17,394 nt of DNA from Alteromonas naphthalenivorans (GCA_047631715.1 JBLICC010000019.1:1-17394); one strand, 5' to 3'; counted from the first letter of the stretch, positions 9,025 through 17,394 are shown. The notes: generated by a model from the sequence alone, not told the origin. Numbers and translations: made by a program.

Positions 9025-11196
9025 TTACTCCACTACTACTTCCTTAATTCCACCGCCTCGACAAGCTAAATCATCAATTGTGAGTGTTAATTTCGACACC
9101 ATATTAAGACGTTTTAAGTCAATAGGCATCGTTCTTTTTTCTTCTTTTAAACTTGCAAAAAATTTATGCATTAAAACTTCATGGCCTTTATCCTGCATCT
9201 GAACCGACTCGTTAAATCCAGGGGAGGTGCCAAATCCTTTGAGAACTTTATAATCATCCATCACGATTGATTTAGAATCAAAAAATACTTCCATACGTTC
9301 TTTGCCCAGACCAGCATGACCAATTGCCGTATATAATAATGAACAAATTGATCCATCATCAAAACTGATTTGTGCTGAGAAATTATCGGTTGGAAATAAA
9401 TTACTACCTTGAGGCTTTAATGCTTCAACCGAAACGGCTGTTGGATTAGCGCCCGTTAAGAAACAGAACAGATCAAAAATATGGCAGGCTTCGCCAATAA
9501 TTCTTCCTGCTCCAACATCTGTTTGCACCCAATGATCAGCGGTAATGTAACCAGCATTCATACGATATTGAATAACCAATGGCGTTTTACGCTCTGAAAC
9601 TTCCCACTTAATTTTTTGTATAAATGGTGCAAATGAACGATTGTAATCTACACAGAATGGCGCTTTTGGATTGTTGGCTAAAAACTCACTCAATTGTTTA
9701 TGCTGCTCAAATGTTGTTACCATCGGCTTTTCTACAAAAACCGCTTTACCATGAGACAATGCCCCAATCACTTGATCGGAATGAAATTTATGGGGTGATG
9801 CAATAACCACAACGTCTACCAAATCTTTATCAAAGAGCTCCTGTGAATCTACCAAAGCTGTTGCTGCTCCATACGTGCGACTTGTATTTTCTGCCGCTGT
9901 TACATTTGCATCAACAATAGCAGAAATTTTTACGCCAGGAATTTTTTTAACCATAGGTAATAGTTTAACCTGCGCAAAACCGCCTACACCTACAAAACCA
10001 ACTCTTACTGTGTCTTTAATAGTAGGTAAAAACTTAATATCTTTTTGATCAAATGGCTTACGAACTGCAGGAATAAAAGAATCATCTTCTTTAGGAGTGT
10101 AACGAATAATTACACCTAGAGCTTTTTTCTCTTTAATTAAATCATATGCCTGAGCAACATCATCAATATGAAATTCATGTGTTATAAGCTTATCGATAGT
10201 TAATTTATTTTGAGCAATCAACTGTGCAATAGCTTGCATGTTTCTGTTTTCTGTCCAGCGAACGTAATCGTATGGGTAGTCTTTACTGTCTATCTCATAC
10301 GATTTATCATAACGCCCTGGACCATAAGAACATGAAATTAAAAAATCTATTTCTTTTTTATACATTGGATTACGCTGTAAATTTAAACCAACATCTCCAA
10401 CTACAACCACTTTACCCTTGCGACGAGTAATCTCCATAGCCTGTTGAACAACTTCGTCACTTGCTGTTGCAGCTGTAATAATAGTGCAATCAACACCATG
10501 ATGCTTAGTTAAAAAATCAAGCTCTTTATTAAGGCCTTCTCCGCCTTTATACACATAATCCGCACCAAGTTCTTTTGCGGTATCAAGACGATCTTGAACA
10601 AGATCTACACCTATAACCGTTGCCCCTGCATTTTTTGCAAGCTGTACAGTTATTTGTCCCAAAAGGCCAAGGCCTACAACACAAACAATTTCTCCCAATT
10701 GTACTTGTGCTCGACGAATACCTTGTAATGCGATAGAACCAATCGTAGTAATACTTGCATTTCTTACTGCTTCTTTTTTTGGAACAATAACAGCAAGATT
10801 CTCTGGAATGCATACAATGTCGGCATGATTAGCCCACCCGGCTCCTGCGCAAGCAACATAATCACCCGGCCTAAATTGAGTAACTTTTTTACCAACCGCT
10901 ATCACTTTACCCGAGCAAGAATAACCAAGAGCCTGCAATGTACCCTTAAGACGGCTCTCTACTAATGCACGAGTTCCCTCTACTCCATGAGTAGCTAATG
11001 ACTTTAAAACCGCTTTTATTTTTTGAGGAACATTACTAAACAATGGATTCTGCGAAGCATTAGCAATCGTTGCCGCTTCTGTTCCAGAACTTATAAAGGA
11101 ATAGTGCACCGACACGAGCAATGCGTTTTCATCAAGATGCGGTTGCGCAACTTTTTGAACAATTAATTTTCCGTTTTCTAAAAATACCTGTCTCAT
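9025..11196 (-). CDS. Bi-domain oxidoreductase: N-terminal MDR (alcohol-dehydrogenase-like) fused to C-terminal Gfo/Idh/MocA
   Basis: N-half: SFISSGTE, LGYSCSG, Rossmann VVGLGLLG, SCSYGPGRYD, YVRWTENRN. C-half: VGFVGVGGFA, FVEKP, DYNRSFAP, GRIIGEACHIFD. Start overlaps the upstream stop (ATGA). Confidence 0.9.
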   Translation of the reverse strand: MRQVFLENGKLIVQKVAQPHLDENALLVSVHYSFISSGTEAATIANASQNPLFSNVPQKIKAVLKSLATHGVEGTRALVESRLKGTLQALGYSCSGKVIAVGKKVTQFRPGDYVACAGAGWANHADIVCIPENLAVIVPKKEAVRNASITTIGSIALQGIRRAQVQLGEIVCVVGLGLLGQITVQLAKNAGATVIGVDLVQDRLDTAKELGADYVYKGGEGLNKELDFLTKHHGVDCTIITAATASDEVVQQAMEITRRKGKVVVVGDVGLNLQRNPMYKKEIDFLISCSYGPGRYDKSYEIDSKDYPYDYVRWTENRNMQAIAQLIAQNKLTIDKLITHEFHIDDVAQAYDLIKEKKALGVIIRYTPKEDDSFIPAVRKPFDQKDIKFLPTIKDTVRVGFVGVGGFAQVKLLPMVKKIPGVKISAIVDANVTAAENTSRTYGAATALVDSQELFDKDLVDVVVIASPHKFHSDQVIGALSHGKAVFVEKPMVTTFEQHKQLSEFLANNPKAPFCVDYNRSFAPFIQKIKWEVSERKTPLVIQYRMNAGYITADHWVQTDVGAGRIIGEACHIFDLFCFLTGANPTAVSVEALKPQGSNLFPTDNFSAQISFDDGSICSLLYTAIGHAGLGKERMEVFFDSKSIVMDDYKVLKGFGTSPGFNESVQMQDKGHEVLMHKFFASLKEEKRTMPIDLKRLNMVSKLTLTIDDLACRGGGIKEVVVE

Positions 11197-12545
11197 TCTT
11201 CTCTCTCTTTTTCTGCTGAACTTGGCACATTGTATTGAGCAGCGTTGCTGTTTTTATCTGCTTTATATCCTTTTGCAGGCCAATAAAACTGTTCTTGTTC
11301 AGGTGACTGTTGGCGATTTATATGGAATAGTCCACAGAAATCTAATACTTTTTTATGTGCTAACACTTTTTTATCTAAAACTTTAAACTGACTATGTGCC
11401 ACCAAGCAAACAATAACATCAGCCTTGTCTACCCCGTCAAGTAAAGAAACGGCTCGAGAACTTAAAGTCTTACCTAATCTATCTTTAGTAACATGTGGCT
11501 CACAAATCATAACGTTTACATCGCTGTTTTTTAATAATTCTTGTGCAATGAAAAATGCTGGTGATTCTCTTAAATCATCAACATCTGCTTTATATGTTGC
11601 CCCAAGAACCAAGATATTACATGACTTTTGATGAGTAGACTTCCACTTTTGAGCAATTTTTAAAATTGTCGCAAGCACTTCTTTTGGTTTATTCTCGTTA
11701 ACTTCTCGTGCTGTTTTTAAAAGGCGAGTATGTTCAGGAAAGCTTTCTGCTAAAAACCATGGGTCAACAGCTAAGCAATGCCCGCCCACACCACATGTTG
11801 GCTTTAATAAATTTACACGTGGATGCTTATTGGCAAGTTCTATTACTTCGTATGGATCGATACCAATACTGTACGCCATAGAAGCAACCTGATGAGATAT
11901 TGCAATATTAACATCGCGATAACTGTTTTCTACTAATTTTATCATTTCAGCAGTTTCTGCATTAGTTAAATACAGGTCACCACTTACAAAATATTTATAA
12001 AAAGTTGCTACATGGCGAGTTGATCCACGATCAAGACCACCAATCACACGGTCATTAACCTTTAATTCATGAAAAATATTGCCAGGTAAAACACGTTCTG
12101 GGCAATGAGCAACAAAGAAATCTATCCCAAACTCTAATCCTGTTTTTTCTGCTAAGAAATTCGAAAGGCTTTTTGTTGTGCCAACAGGAACCGTTGATTC
12201 TAAAATAACGGTATCACCCTTCTTAAGTACACCTGCAATAGACGTTGCTGCAGAAAATACAAATGATAGATCTGCTTTTTTATCTTGTGTAAACGGTGTA
12301 GGAACAGCAATAATAAAATAATCTGCTTGTTCATATACCAATGTTGCTCTAAATGTTTTTTTACTCAAAACATTATGCATCTTTTCTACTATTTCTGGCT
12401 CTTCGATAACAGGGCAACATTTATTAACACAATCGACACGCTTTTTATCTACATCAATACCAACAACCTGCAATCCCGCCTCGGCTGCTACAATTGCAGT
12501 AGGTAATCCAATATATCCTAACCCCACAACACAAACTTTTTTCAT
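11193..12545 (-). CDS. wecC: UDP-N-acetyl-D-mannosamine 6-dehydrogenase-like nucleotide-sugar dehydrogenase
   Basis: VVGLGYIGLPTA, IAVPTPF, LESTVPVGTT, HCPERVLPG, KLVENSYRDVNIA, catalytic GVGGHC, YKADVDDLRESP. Start placed at ATG 12545 (preceded by GAGAGGAAG) rather than TTG 12560. Confidence 0.88.
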   Translation of the reverse strand: MKKVCVVGLGYIGLPTAIVAAEAGLQVVGIDVDKKRVDCVNKCCPVIEEPEIVEKMHNVLSKKTFRATLVYEQADYFIIAVPTPFTQDKKADLSFVFSAATSIAGVLKKGDTVILESTVPVGTTKSLSNFLAEKTGLEFGIDFFVAHCPERVLPGNIFHELKVNDRVIGGLDRGSTRHVATFYKYFVSGDLYLTNAETAEMIKLVENSYRDVNIAISHQVASMAYSIGIDPYEVIELANKHPRVNLLKPTCGVGGHCLAVDPWFLAESFPEHTRLLKTAREVNENKPKEVLATILKIAQKWKSTHQKSCNILVLGATYKADVDDLRESPAFFIAQELLKNSDVNVMICEPHVTKDRLGKTLSSRAVSLLDGVDKADVIVCLVAHSQFKVLDKKVLAHKKVLDFCGLFHINRQQSPEQEQFYWPAKGYKADKNSNAAQYNVPSSAEKEREE

Positions 12546-12556
12546 AGCTTCCTCTC

Positions 12557-13726
12557 TCAAGAGCCGAACTCTCGTTGTTGTTCTTTATGTATGATACGAG
12601 ATGCATTATCGTTTGACTGTTCTATTATTCTTACAATTTTTTCTGCTGCAAAACCATCGCCATATATCGTTCTACGTACTATTGATTTTTTTGCTGCTAA
12701 AACTTCATATAATTTTTGAGTAAAGAAATTCGAATTAGTTCCAATGATCGTAGCTAATCCTTCCCATACCCCTTCCATTCGTTCACTTTTCTCGCGCAGT
12801 ATCAATACATGTTTTCCAAGGCTCACGGCCTCTTCTTGAATACCACCCGAATCTGTTGCTACTGCATCGGTATGAAATAATAAATAAACTAAATCTTTAT
12901 ACCCCACAGGCTCTGTTAGAAAAATATTTTCAACACCTGTAAGATCAACTTTTTCTAAAGCTCTTATCACTGCAGGGTTTGGATGATACGGATACACAAA
13001 TAAAACGTCAGGATTCTTCTGTGCAAATACTTTCATAGATTCGATCATACGCTCGATACCACCATTAAAAGACTCTCTTCTATGCATGGTAAAAAGTACT
13101 ATCTTTTGATTACTTATTTGAGCACTAGCAATTGCTTGTTCGATATCAGAACGTATTTTTAATGTTCCTGAATTAATTTCATCTTCTATAATGCGTAATG
13201 CATCTACAACAGTATTACCTGTACAAAATACAGTATTTTTATTTTTACCTTCTGCAAGTAAATTTGCTGCTGATACTGCCGTTGGAGCAAAATGGTACTT
13301 TGCAAGAAGTCCTAATGATACTCGATTGAATTCTTCTGGATAGGGAGAATAGATATCACCCGTCCGCAAACCAGCCTCAACATGACCAACTGGTATTTGC
13401 TTATAAAATGCACTTAATCCAGCTGCCATTGTTGTTGTAGTGTCTCCATGCACTAATACAAGTGATGGCTTTATTCTTTCTAATAAACCCTTCATACCTT
13501 GCAAAACTTGCTGTGTAACATGAAACAGATCTTGACCTTGTTGCATAATATTCAATTCAATATCTGGTTTAACCCCAAACATATCGAATACTTCTGTAAG
13601 TAAATTTGCATGCTGTGTGGTTGAGCAAAGGTATACAGGGATCGAAGCTTTTTTGAGAGCAAAATAAACAGGCATCATTTTAATGCCTTCTGGACGTGTT
13701 CCTACTACAAGCATTACCGGATGCAT
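12557..13726 (-). CDS. wecB: UDP-N-acetylglucosamine 2-epimerase (non-hydrolysing)
   Basis: GTRPEGIKM, VHGDTTT, GHVEAGLRT, PYPEEFNR, TGNTVVDAL, HRRES, TDSGGIQEEA, YGDGFAAEKI. Shine-Dalgarno-like GGGAG at 13734-13738. Confidence 0.95.
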   Translation of the reverse strand: MHPVMLVVGTRPEGIKMMPVYFALKKASIPVYLCSTTQHANLLTEVFDMFGVKPDIELNIMQQGQDLFHVTQQVLQGMKGLLERIKPSLVLVHGDTTTTMAAGLSAFYKQIPVGHVEAGLRTGDIYSPYPEEFNRVSLGLLAKYHFAPTAVSAANLLAEGKNKNTVFCTGNTVVDALRIIEDEINSGTLKIRSDIEQAIASAQISNQKIVLFTMHRRESFNGGIERMIESMKVFAQKNPDVLFVYPYHPNPAVIRALEKVDLTGVENIFLTEPVGYKDLVYLLFHTDAVATDSGGIQEEAVSLGKHVLILREKSERMEGVWEGLATIIGTNSNFFTQKLYEVLAAKKSIVRRTIYGDGFAAEKIVRIIEQSNDNASRIIHKEQQREFGS

Positions 13727-13780
13727 ATACTATCTCCCTAGTTGCACCATTCACACTTACATTCTCTTCTTAATCGAATA

Positions 13781-13808
13781 ACAATAGCACATATCCGATG
13801 GTTGGCAA
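13781..13808 (-). promoter_or_regulatory. Candidate sigma70 promoter for the glycan operon
   Basis: Minus strand reads TTGCCA-N16-TATTGT with an extended -10 TG (TGcTATTGT), about 55 nt upstream of the wecB ATG. Confidence 0.5.
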
Positions 13809-13895
13809 GTATGAAAAAGATTTAAAAATTTTTACGGTTATGACTAGACTGTTATAAATCATTACTTACAATAAAAAGATACTTAAGGATAAAAA

Positions 13896-14399
13896 ATGAA
13901 AGTATTATACGCTCCATGGAGAGAGAATTACACTACCACATCTGCACGTAGCCCCAAAGGTGCTGATAATAAATCAGAAGATGAATGCGTTTTTTGTGAA
14001 CAACTCAAAGATGATAAAGATACTGAACATTTTATATTAGGAAGATTCAAACATTCCTACGTTGTATTAAACCGTTATCCCTATAGCGGAGGACATCTCT
14101 TAATACTTCCACTAGATCACAAAGCAAAGCTTACTGATTTATCTTCCGAGGCTCGTACCGAAATAATGGGCCTCATCACACAAAGCACAAGCGCTTTAGA
14201 AAAAGAGCTTGATGCTAAAGGAATCAATGTTGGATTAAATCAGGGAAAAGCGGCTGGAGCGGGTCTACCTTCTCACTTACATTTTCATGTAGTACCTCGC
14301 TGGCTAGGAGACACTAATTTTATGCCCATTATCGGACAAACAAAAATTGTATCGACTAATTTAAAAGATATTTTTACAAAACTTAAACCTTACTTTTAG
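13896..14399 (+). CDS. HIT-family nucleotide hydrolase/phosphorylase (FHIT / Ap4A-phosphorylase-like)
   Basis: Histidine triad HLHFHVVPRW, N-terminal LYAPWR, CVFC, LNRYPYSGGHLLILP, GINVGLNQGKAAGAG. AAGGA precedes the ATG. Confidence 0.9.
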   Translation: MKVLYAPWRENYTTTSARSPKGADNKSEDECVFCEQLKDDKDTEHFILGRFKHSYVVLNRYPYSGGHLLILPLDHKAKLTDLSSEARTEIMGLITQSTSALEKELDAKGINVGLNQGKAAGAGLPSHLHFHVVPRWLGDTNFMPIIGQTKIVSTNLKDIFTKLKPYF

Positions 14400-14510
14400 G
14401 TTTTTCTTTTATTTTCAATTTTTATTACTTTATTGCCTTTCCATTTTAAAGCTGCTAAGTCTAAAAAAATGTATTGTTTTATTTGTAACCACAAAAAAGG
14501 AGATCTCTCA

Positions 14511-14915
14511 ATGCAAATAGATACCGATCTGAAAAATCTTATGATCGTCGTTGCCATAGCTGTACTTATTCCATTAACAGTTAGATACGGTGACAAAGCA
14601 TTTAAACCAAAACCTGTTGAAAATGGCCAGCGCCAAGCTCAAACCCAAAAATCATTTTTGATTAAAGGTGGAATTGGAGCAGCCTGTCTTTTTGCAGGAG
14701 CAAAAATGACTCCCGCTGTTCTTGGAACCGGTGTATTTGTTGGTGGTCTTGTAGTATTACTAAAAAACGTTCGTTGCTACTGGCCAAACCTCGATGTAAA
14801 ATCACAATTCTTCCTACTTCTAGCTGCACTTTTCCTTATTTACTTCCTTGTTAAACGTAAACATGGTGGACTTGGAGGATTGCGTAAACCTGCCAGTCGT
14901 GGGCGCAAAAAATAA
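14511..14915 (+). CDS. Hypothetical membrane protein, 134 aa, about 4 hydrophobic segments and a basic C-terminal tail
   Basis: AAGGAG at 14497-14502 precedes ATG 14511, a better start than TTG 14433. Hydrophobic segments: LMIVVAIAVLIPL, GGIGAACLFAGA, VLGTGVFVGGLVVLL, FFLLLAALFLIYFLV. Followed by a terminator. Confidence 0.75.
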   Translation: MQIDTDLKNLMIVVAIAVLIPLTVRYGDKAFKPKPVENGQRQAQTQKSFLIKGGIGAACLFAGAKMTPAVLGTGVFVGGLVVLLKNVRCYWPNLDVKSQFFLLLAALFLIYFLVKRKHGGLGGLRKPASRGRKK

Positions 14916-14940
14916 CTTTATTAAGTTATTATAGAAAATT

Positions 14941-14969
14941 AAGGGCTCCTTTATCGGGGTCCTTTTTTT
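14941..14969 (+). terminator. Rho-independent terminator
   Basis: AAGGGCTCC-tttatc-GGGGTCCTT forms a 9-bp stem with two G:U pairs and runs into a T7 tract (14963-14969), 25 nt after the upstream stop codon. Confidence 0.8.
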
Positions 14970-14996
14970 GTTGCTCAACAACCTTTATGCTATACT
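14968..14996 (+). promoter_or_regulatory. Candidate sigma70 promoter for alaS
   Basis: TTGTTG (14968-14973)-N17-TATACT (14991-14996) with an extended -10 TG (TGcTATACT), 41 nt before the alaS ATG. Confidence 0.6.
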
Positions 14997-15037
14997 GCTC
15001 AGGTTGCTATAAATAATTATATCTGGATGGGAAGCTC

Positions 15038-17394
15038 ATGAAATCGTTGGATATCCGTAAGAAATTTTTTGATTTTTTTATTAAACAAAAACATGAACAG
15101 GTCACAAGCTCTTCTTTAATACCCGCCCAAGATCCTACGCTGCTTTTTACTAATGCAGGTATGAACCAATTTAAAGATTGTTTTTTAGGTGATGAAAAAC
15201 GAAGCTACACTCGAGCTACAACCATACAAAAATGTGTTCGTGCTGGCGGAAAACATAATGATCTAGATAACGTTGGCTTTACTAAACGCCACCTTACATT
15301 CTTTGAAATGATGGGTAATTTTTCATTCGGTGATTATTTTAAAGAAGAAGCTATTGCATTTGCATGGAATTTACTTACCAAAGGATATGGCTTAAACCCT
15401 GATGATTTATATGTATCTATCTATCAAGACGATGATCAAGCCTTTGAAATCTGGGAAAAACAAATAGGTATTCCAAAAGAACGTATTTACAGATTTGGTA
15501 AGGAAGATAATTTTTGGCAAATGGGAGACACTGGTCCCTGCGGTCCATGCAGTGAAATCTTTTATGACACTCGCCTCAAAGATCAACGTAAAGATGCTCC
15601 TACTCAAGAAGACTTTGATTCTGGAATATTATTAGAAATTTGGAATCTTGTTTTTATGCAATATAACCAGCAAGAAGATGGATCTTTTGTCCCTCTTAAA
15701 CAAACTGGCGTTGATACTGGCATGGGTCTCGAACGTATTGCCTGTGTATTACAAAACAAAGATAACGTATACGAAACCGATCTTTTTACAAACATTATTA
15801 AAGAAACAGAAAAGCTCACTGGAATTGAATATACTAAACAAGATGCTCAAACCAAAGCTGCGTTTCATGTACTTGCTGATCACATTCGTTCGGCTTCGCT
15901 TATTATTGCTGACGGTGGGTCTCCTTCTAATGAAGGTCGTGGATACGTTTTAAGAAAAATTATTCGTCGCGCTGCCCTTTTTGCTCAAAAATTAACCGAT
16001 AAAAATATTTTTCCAGAAGTAGCAAAAGTATTTATTAAAGAAATGTCTTCTATCTACCCAGAACTCAAAACCAGTGAAACAATAATCATTTCTCTTTTGA
16101 CTAATGAAATTGAGCAATTTGCACACAATTTAATTAAAGGCCAAACCATTCTCGATGCCTTTTTTAAAGCTCAAGAAAAAGACAAAACAATTACAGGTGA
16201 ACAAGCTTTTAAATTATATGACACTTATGGATTTCCACTTGAAGTAACAAATCTCGTAGCACAAGAACATGGTTATACCGTAGATGCAGATACTTTTAAA
16301 TCTTGCATGCAAGAACAACGCGAGCGCTCTGGTAAAAAGATGAAAAAGTCAGCAAAAAAGATCGAGCTTCCGGAATCTATAAAAACAGAATTTGTAGGCT
16401 ACCAACAAACAGCAATAGATTCGAAAATTATAGGACTTTTAGTTGATGACAAACTTGTAGATAACGTTATTAAAGAACAAGAATGCTGGGTAATAACTGC
16501 ACAATGCCCTTTCTTTGCTTCTATGGGTGGACAAACCGATGATACAGGTTGGGCAATAATTGATGGTAAAAAAGCTTCTTTTACAGCTTTAAAAAAAATT
16601 AACGGCGCAATTGCTTTTAAAATTAAAACACCAACTGCATGTAAAGTTGGAGATACTATATCTCAACAGGTAAGCGAGCAAGTTCGTAAAGACACCATGA
16701 ACAATCATACCGCAACCCATCTCTTACAAGCAGCACTTATTGAGCAATTAGGTAAGCAAGTTAAACAATCTGGATCTGTAGTGGAACCAAACTATTTACG
16801 CTTTGATTTTACCTATCACAAAAACTTAACTCCTAAAGAAATAAAACAAGTTGAAGACAGAGTTAACGCAATTATTAGAGACAACATTACTTTAGATATT
16901 TTTGAGACCTCTCAGAAAAAAGCTGTTGAACGCGGCGTGCTTGCAATCTTTGGAGAAAAATATAATCCAGAAAAAGTACGCGTTATTGATGTAACTGGAT
17001 TCTCTGCCGAACTTTGTGGTGGAACCCATGTTCCTTCTACCGGTGTTATAGGTACATTTAAAATTATCGAAGTATCTGCCCTTTCTGCAGGTAACCGTAG
17101 AATTTTTGCAGTTACTGGCCAAAAAGCTCTTGAGCTTATGCAAAAAAACTTTAATGCTATAAAAACACTCAGCCAAGAATTTAAAGTTAAACCAGAAGAA
17201 GTAGTGACTGCTGTTGAAAAACAAAAACAACAGCTTCAAGAGTCTCAACTACAAGTACGTACTTTAAAAAAAGAAATTATTAAATCTCATATTCCTGTAT
17301 GGCAAAGCAAAATAGAAGCTATTAACACCGTACCTTTCTTATATCTTAACTTAGACGATTATGGCGCTGACGAGCTCAAAACTATTGCCGAACA
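15038..17394 (+). CDS. alaS: Alanine--tRNA ligase, 3' end outside the window
   Basis: Not in the ORF track because there is no stop in the window. Manual translation: MKSLDIRKKFFDFF...DPTLLFTNAGMNQFK...QKCVRAGGKHNDLDNVG...HLTFFEMMGNFSFGDYFK...GPCGPCSEI...EIWNLVFMQY...DTGMGLER...FKLYDTYGFP, with editing-domain motifs NHTATHLL and ELCGGTHV. Confidence 0.98.
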   Translation, partial: MKSLDIRKKFFDFFIKQKHEQVTSSSLIPAQDPTLLFTNAGMNQFKDCFLGDEKRSYTRATTIQKCVRAGGKHNDLDNVGFTKRHLTFFEMMGNFSFGDYFKEEAIAFAWNLLTKGYGLNPDDLYVSIYQDDDQAFEIWEKQIGIPKERIYRFGKEDNFWQMGDTGPCGPCSEIFYDTRLKDQRKDAPTQEDFDSGILLEIWNLVFMQYNQQEDGSFVPLKQTGVDTGMGLERIACVLQNKDNVYETDLFTNIIKETEKLTGIEYTKQDAQTKAAFHVLADHIRSASLIIADGGSPSNEGRGYVLRKIIRRAALFAQKLTDKNIFPEVAKVFIKEMSSIYPELKTSETIIISLLTNEIEQFAHNLIKGQTILDAFFKAQEKDKTITGEQAFKLYDTYGFPLEVTNLVAQEHGYTVDADTFKSCMQEQRERSGKKMKKSAKKIELPESIKTEFVGYQQTAIDSKIIGLLVDDKLVDNVIKEQECWVITAQCPFFASMGGQTDDTGWAIIDGKKASFTALKKINGAIAFKIKTPTACKVGDTISQQVSEQVRKDTMNNHTATHLLQAALIEQLGKQVKQSGSVVEPNYLRFDFTYHKNLTPKEIKQVEDRVNAIIRDNITLDIFETSQKKAVERGVLAIFGEKYNPEKVRVIDVTGFSAELCGGTHVPSTGVIGTFKIIEVSALSAGNRRIFAVTGQKALELMQKNFNAIKTLSQEFKVKPEEVVTAVEKQKQQLQESQLQVRTLKKEIIKSHIPVWQSKIEAINTVPFLYLNLDDYGADELKTIAE

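Noticed and set aside
859..12506. Short alternative-frame or antisense ORFs (859, 1449, 5521, 7310, 7392, 8954, 9624, 10583, 11425, 12285)
   Set aside because: They lie within or across well-supported genes and have no recognisable motifs; treated as shadow ORFs.
12546..12560. TTG start of wecC adding MREEA
   Set aside because: This stretch contains the purine-rich RBS for ATG 12545, and the family begins at the MKKVCVVGLG strand.
13727..13895. ops/JUMPstart antitermination element or structured RNA leader before the long operon
   Set aside because: No GGCGGTAG-like motif or convincing hairpin seen.
14396..14596. Minus-strand 66-aa ORF, and the TTG-started extension 14433-14510
   Set aside because: AT-rich intergenic read-through; the clear RBS supports ATG 14511 on the + strand.
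14997..15037. T-box riboswitch upstream of alaS
   Set aside because: The leader is far too short, no T-box consensus is present, and the nearby hairpin lies upstream of the predicted promoter.
15407..17248. ORFs at 15407, 15604, 15648 and 16892
   Set aside because: All are shadows of the continuous alaS frame.
1..17394. CRISPR arrays, tRNA/rRNA genes, IS elements, integrases or tandem repeats
   Set aside because: None seen by eye; almost all sequence is accounted for by coding genes and the intergenic gaps are under 170 nt.

Overview
AT-rich bacterial window with two parts. (1) A tightly packed minus-strand surface-glycan operon, 13726 down to <1. In order it encodes WecB-like UDP-GlcNAc 2-epimerase, WecC-like UDP-HexNAc 6-dehydrogenase, a bi-domain MDR + Gfo/Idh/MocA oxidoreductase, a GT-C (ArnT/PMT-like) membrane glycosyltransferase, mannose-1-P guanylyltransferase, an AsnB-like amidotransferase, a GT4 N-terminal half-protein, a SAM methyltransferase, a GT4, a Wzm/Wzt ABC exporter, and the start of a GT2 that the ORF track missed. 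(2) Divergent plus-strand genes: a HIT-family hydrolase, a small membrane protein, an intrinsic terminator, and alaS (also missed by the ORF track, running off the right edge). The most notable oddities are a GT-C gene split by a frameshift at a 10-nt homopolymer (possible phase-variable switch or sequencing error) and a GT4 that stops at its inter-domain linker. No mobile element, CRISPR array or RNA gene was seen. The proteins give an unverified impression of Candidatus Dependentiae (TM6). I see an unusual glycan locus built from known families, not clear evidence of a wholly new system.
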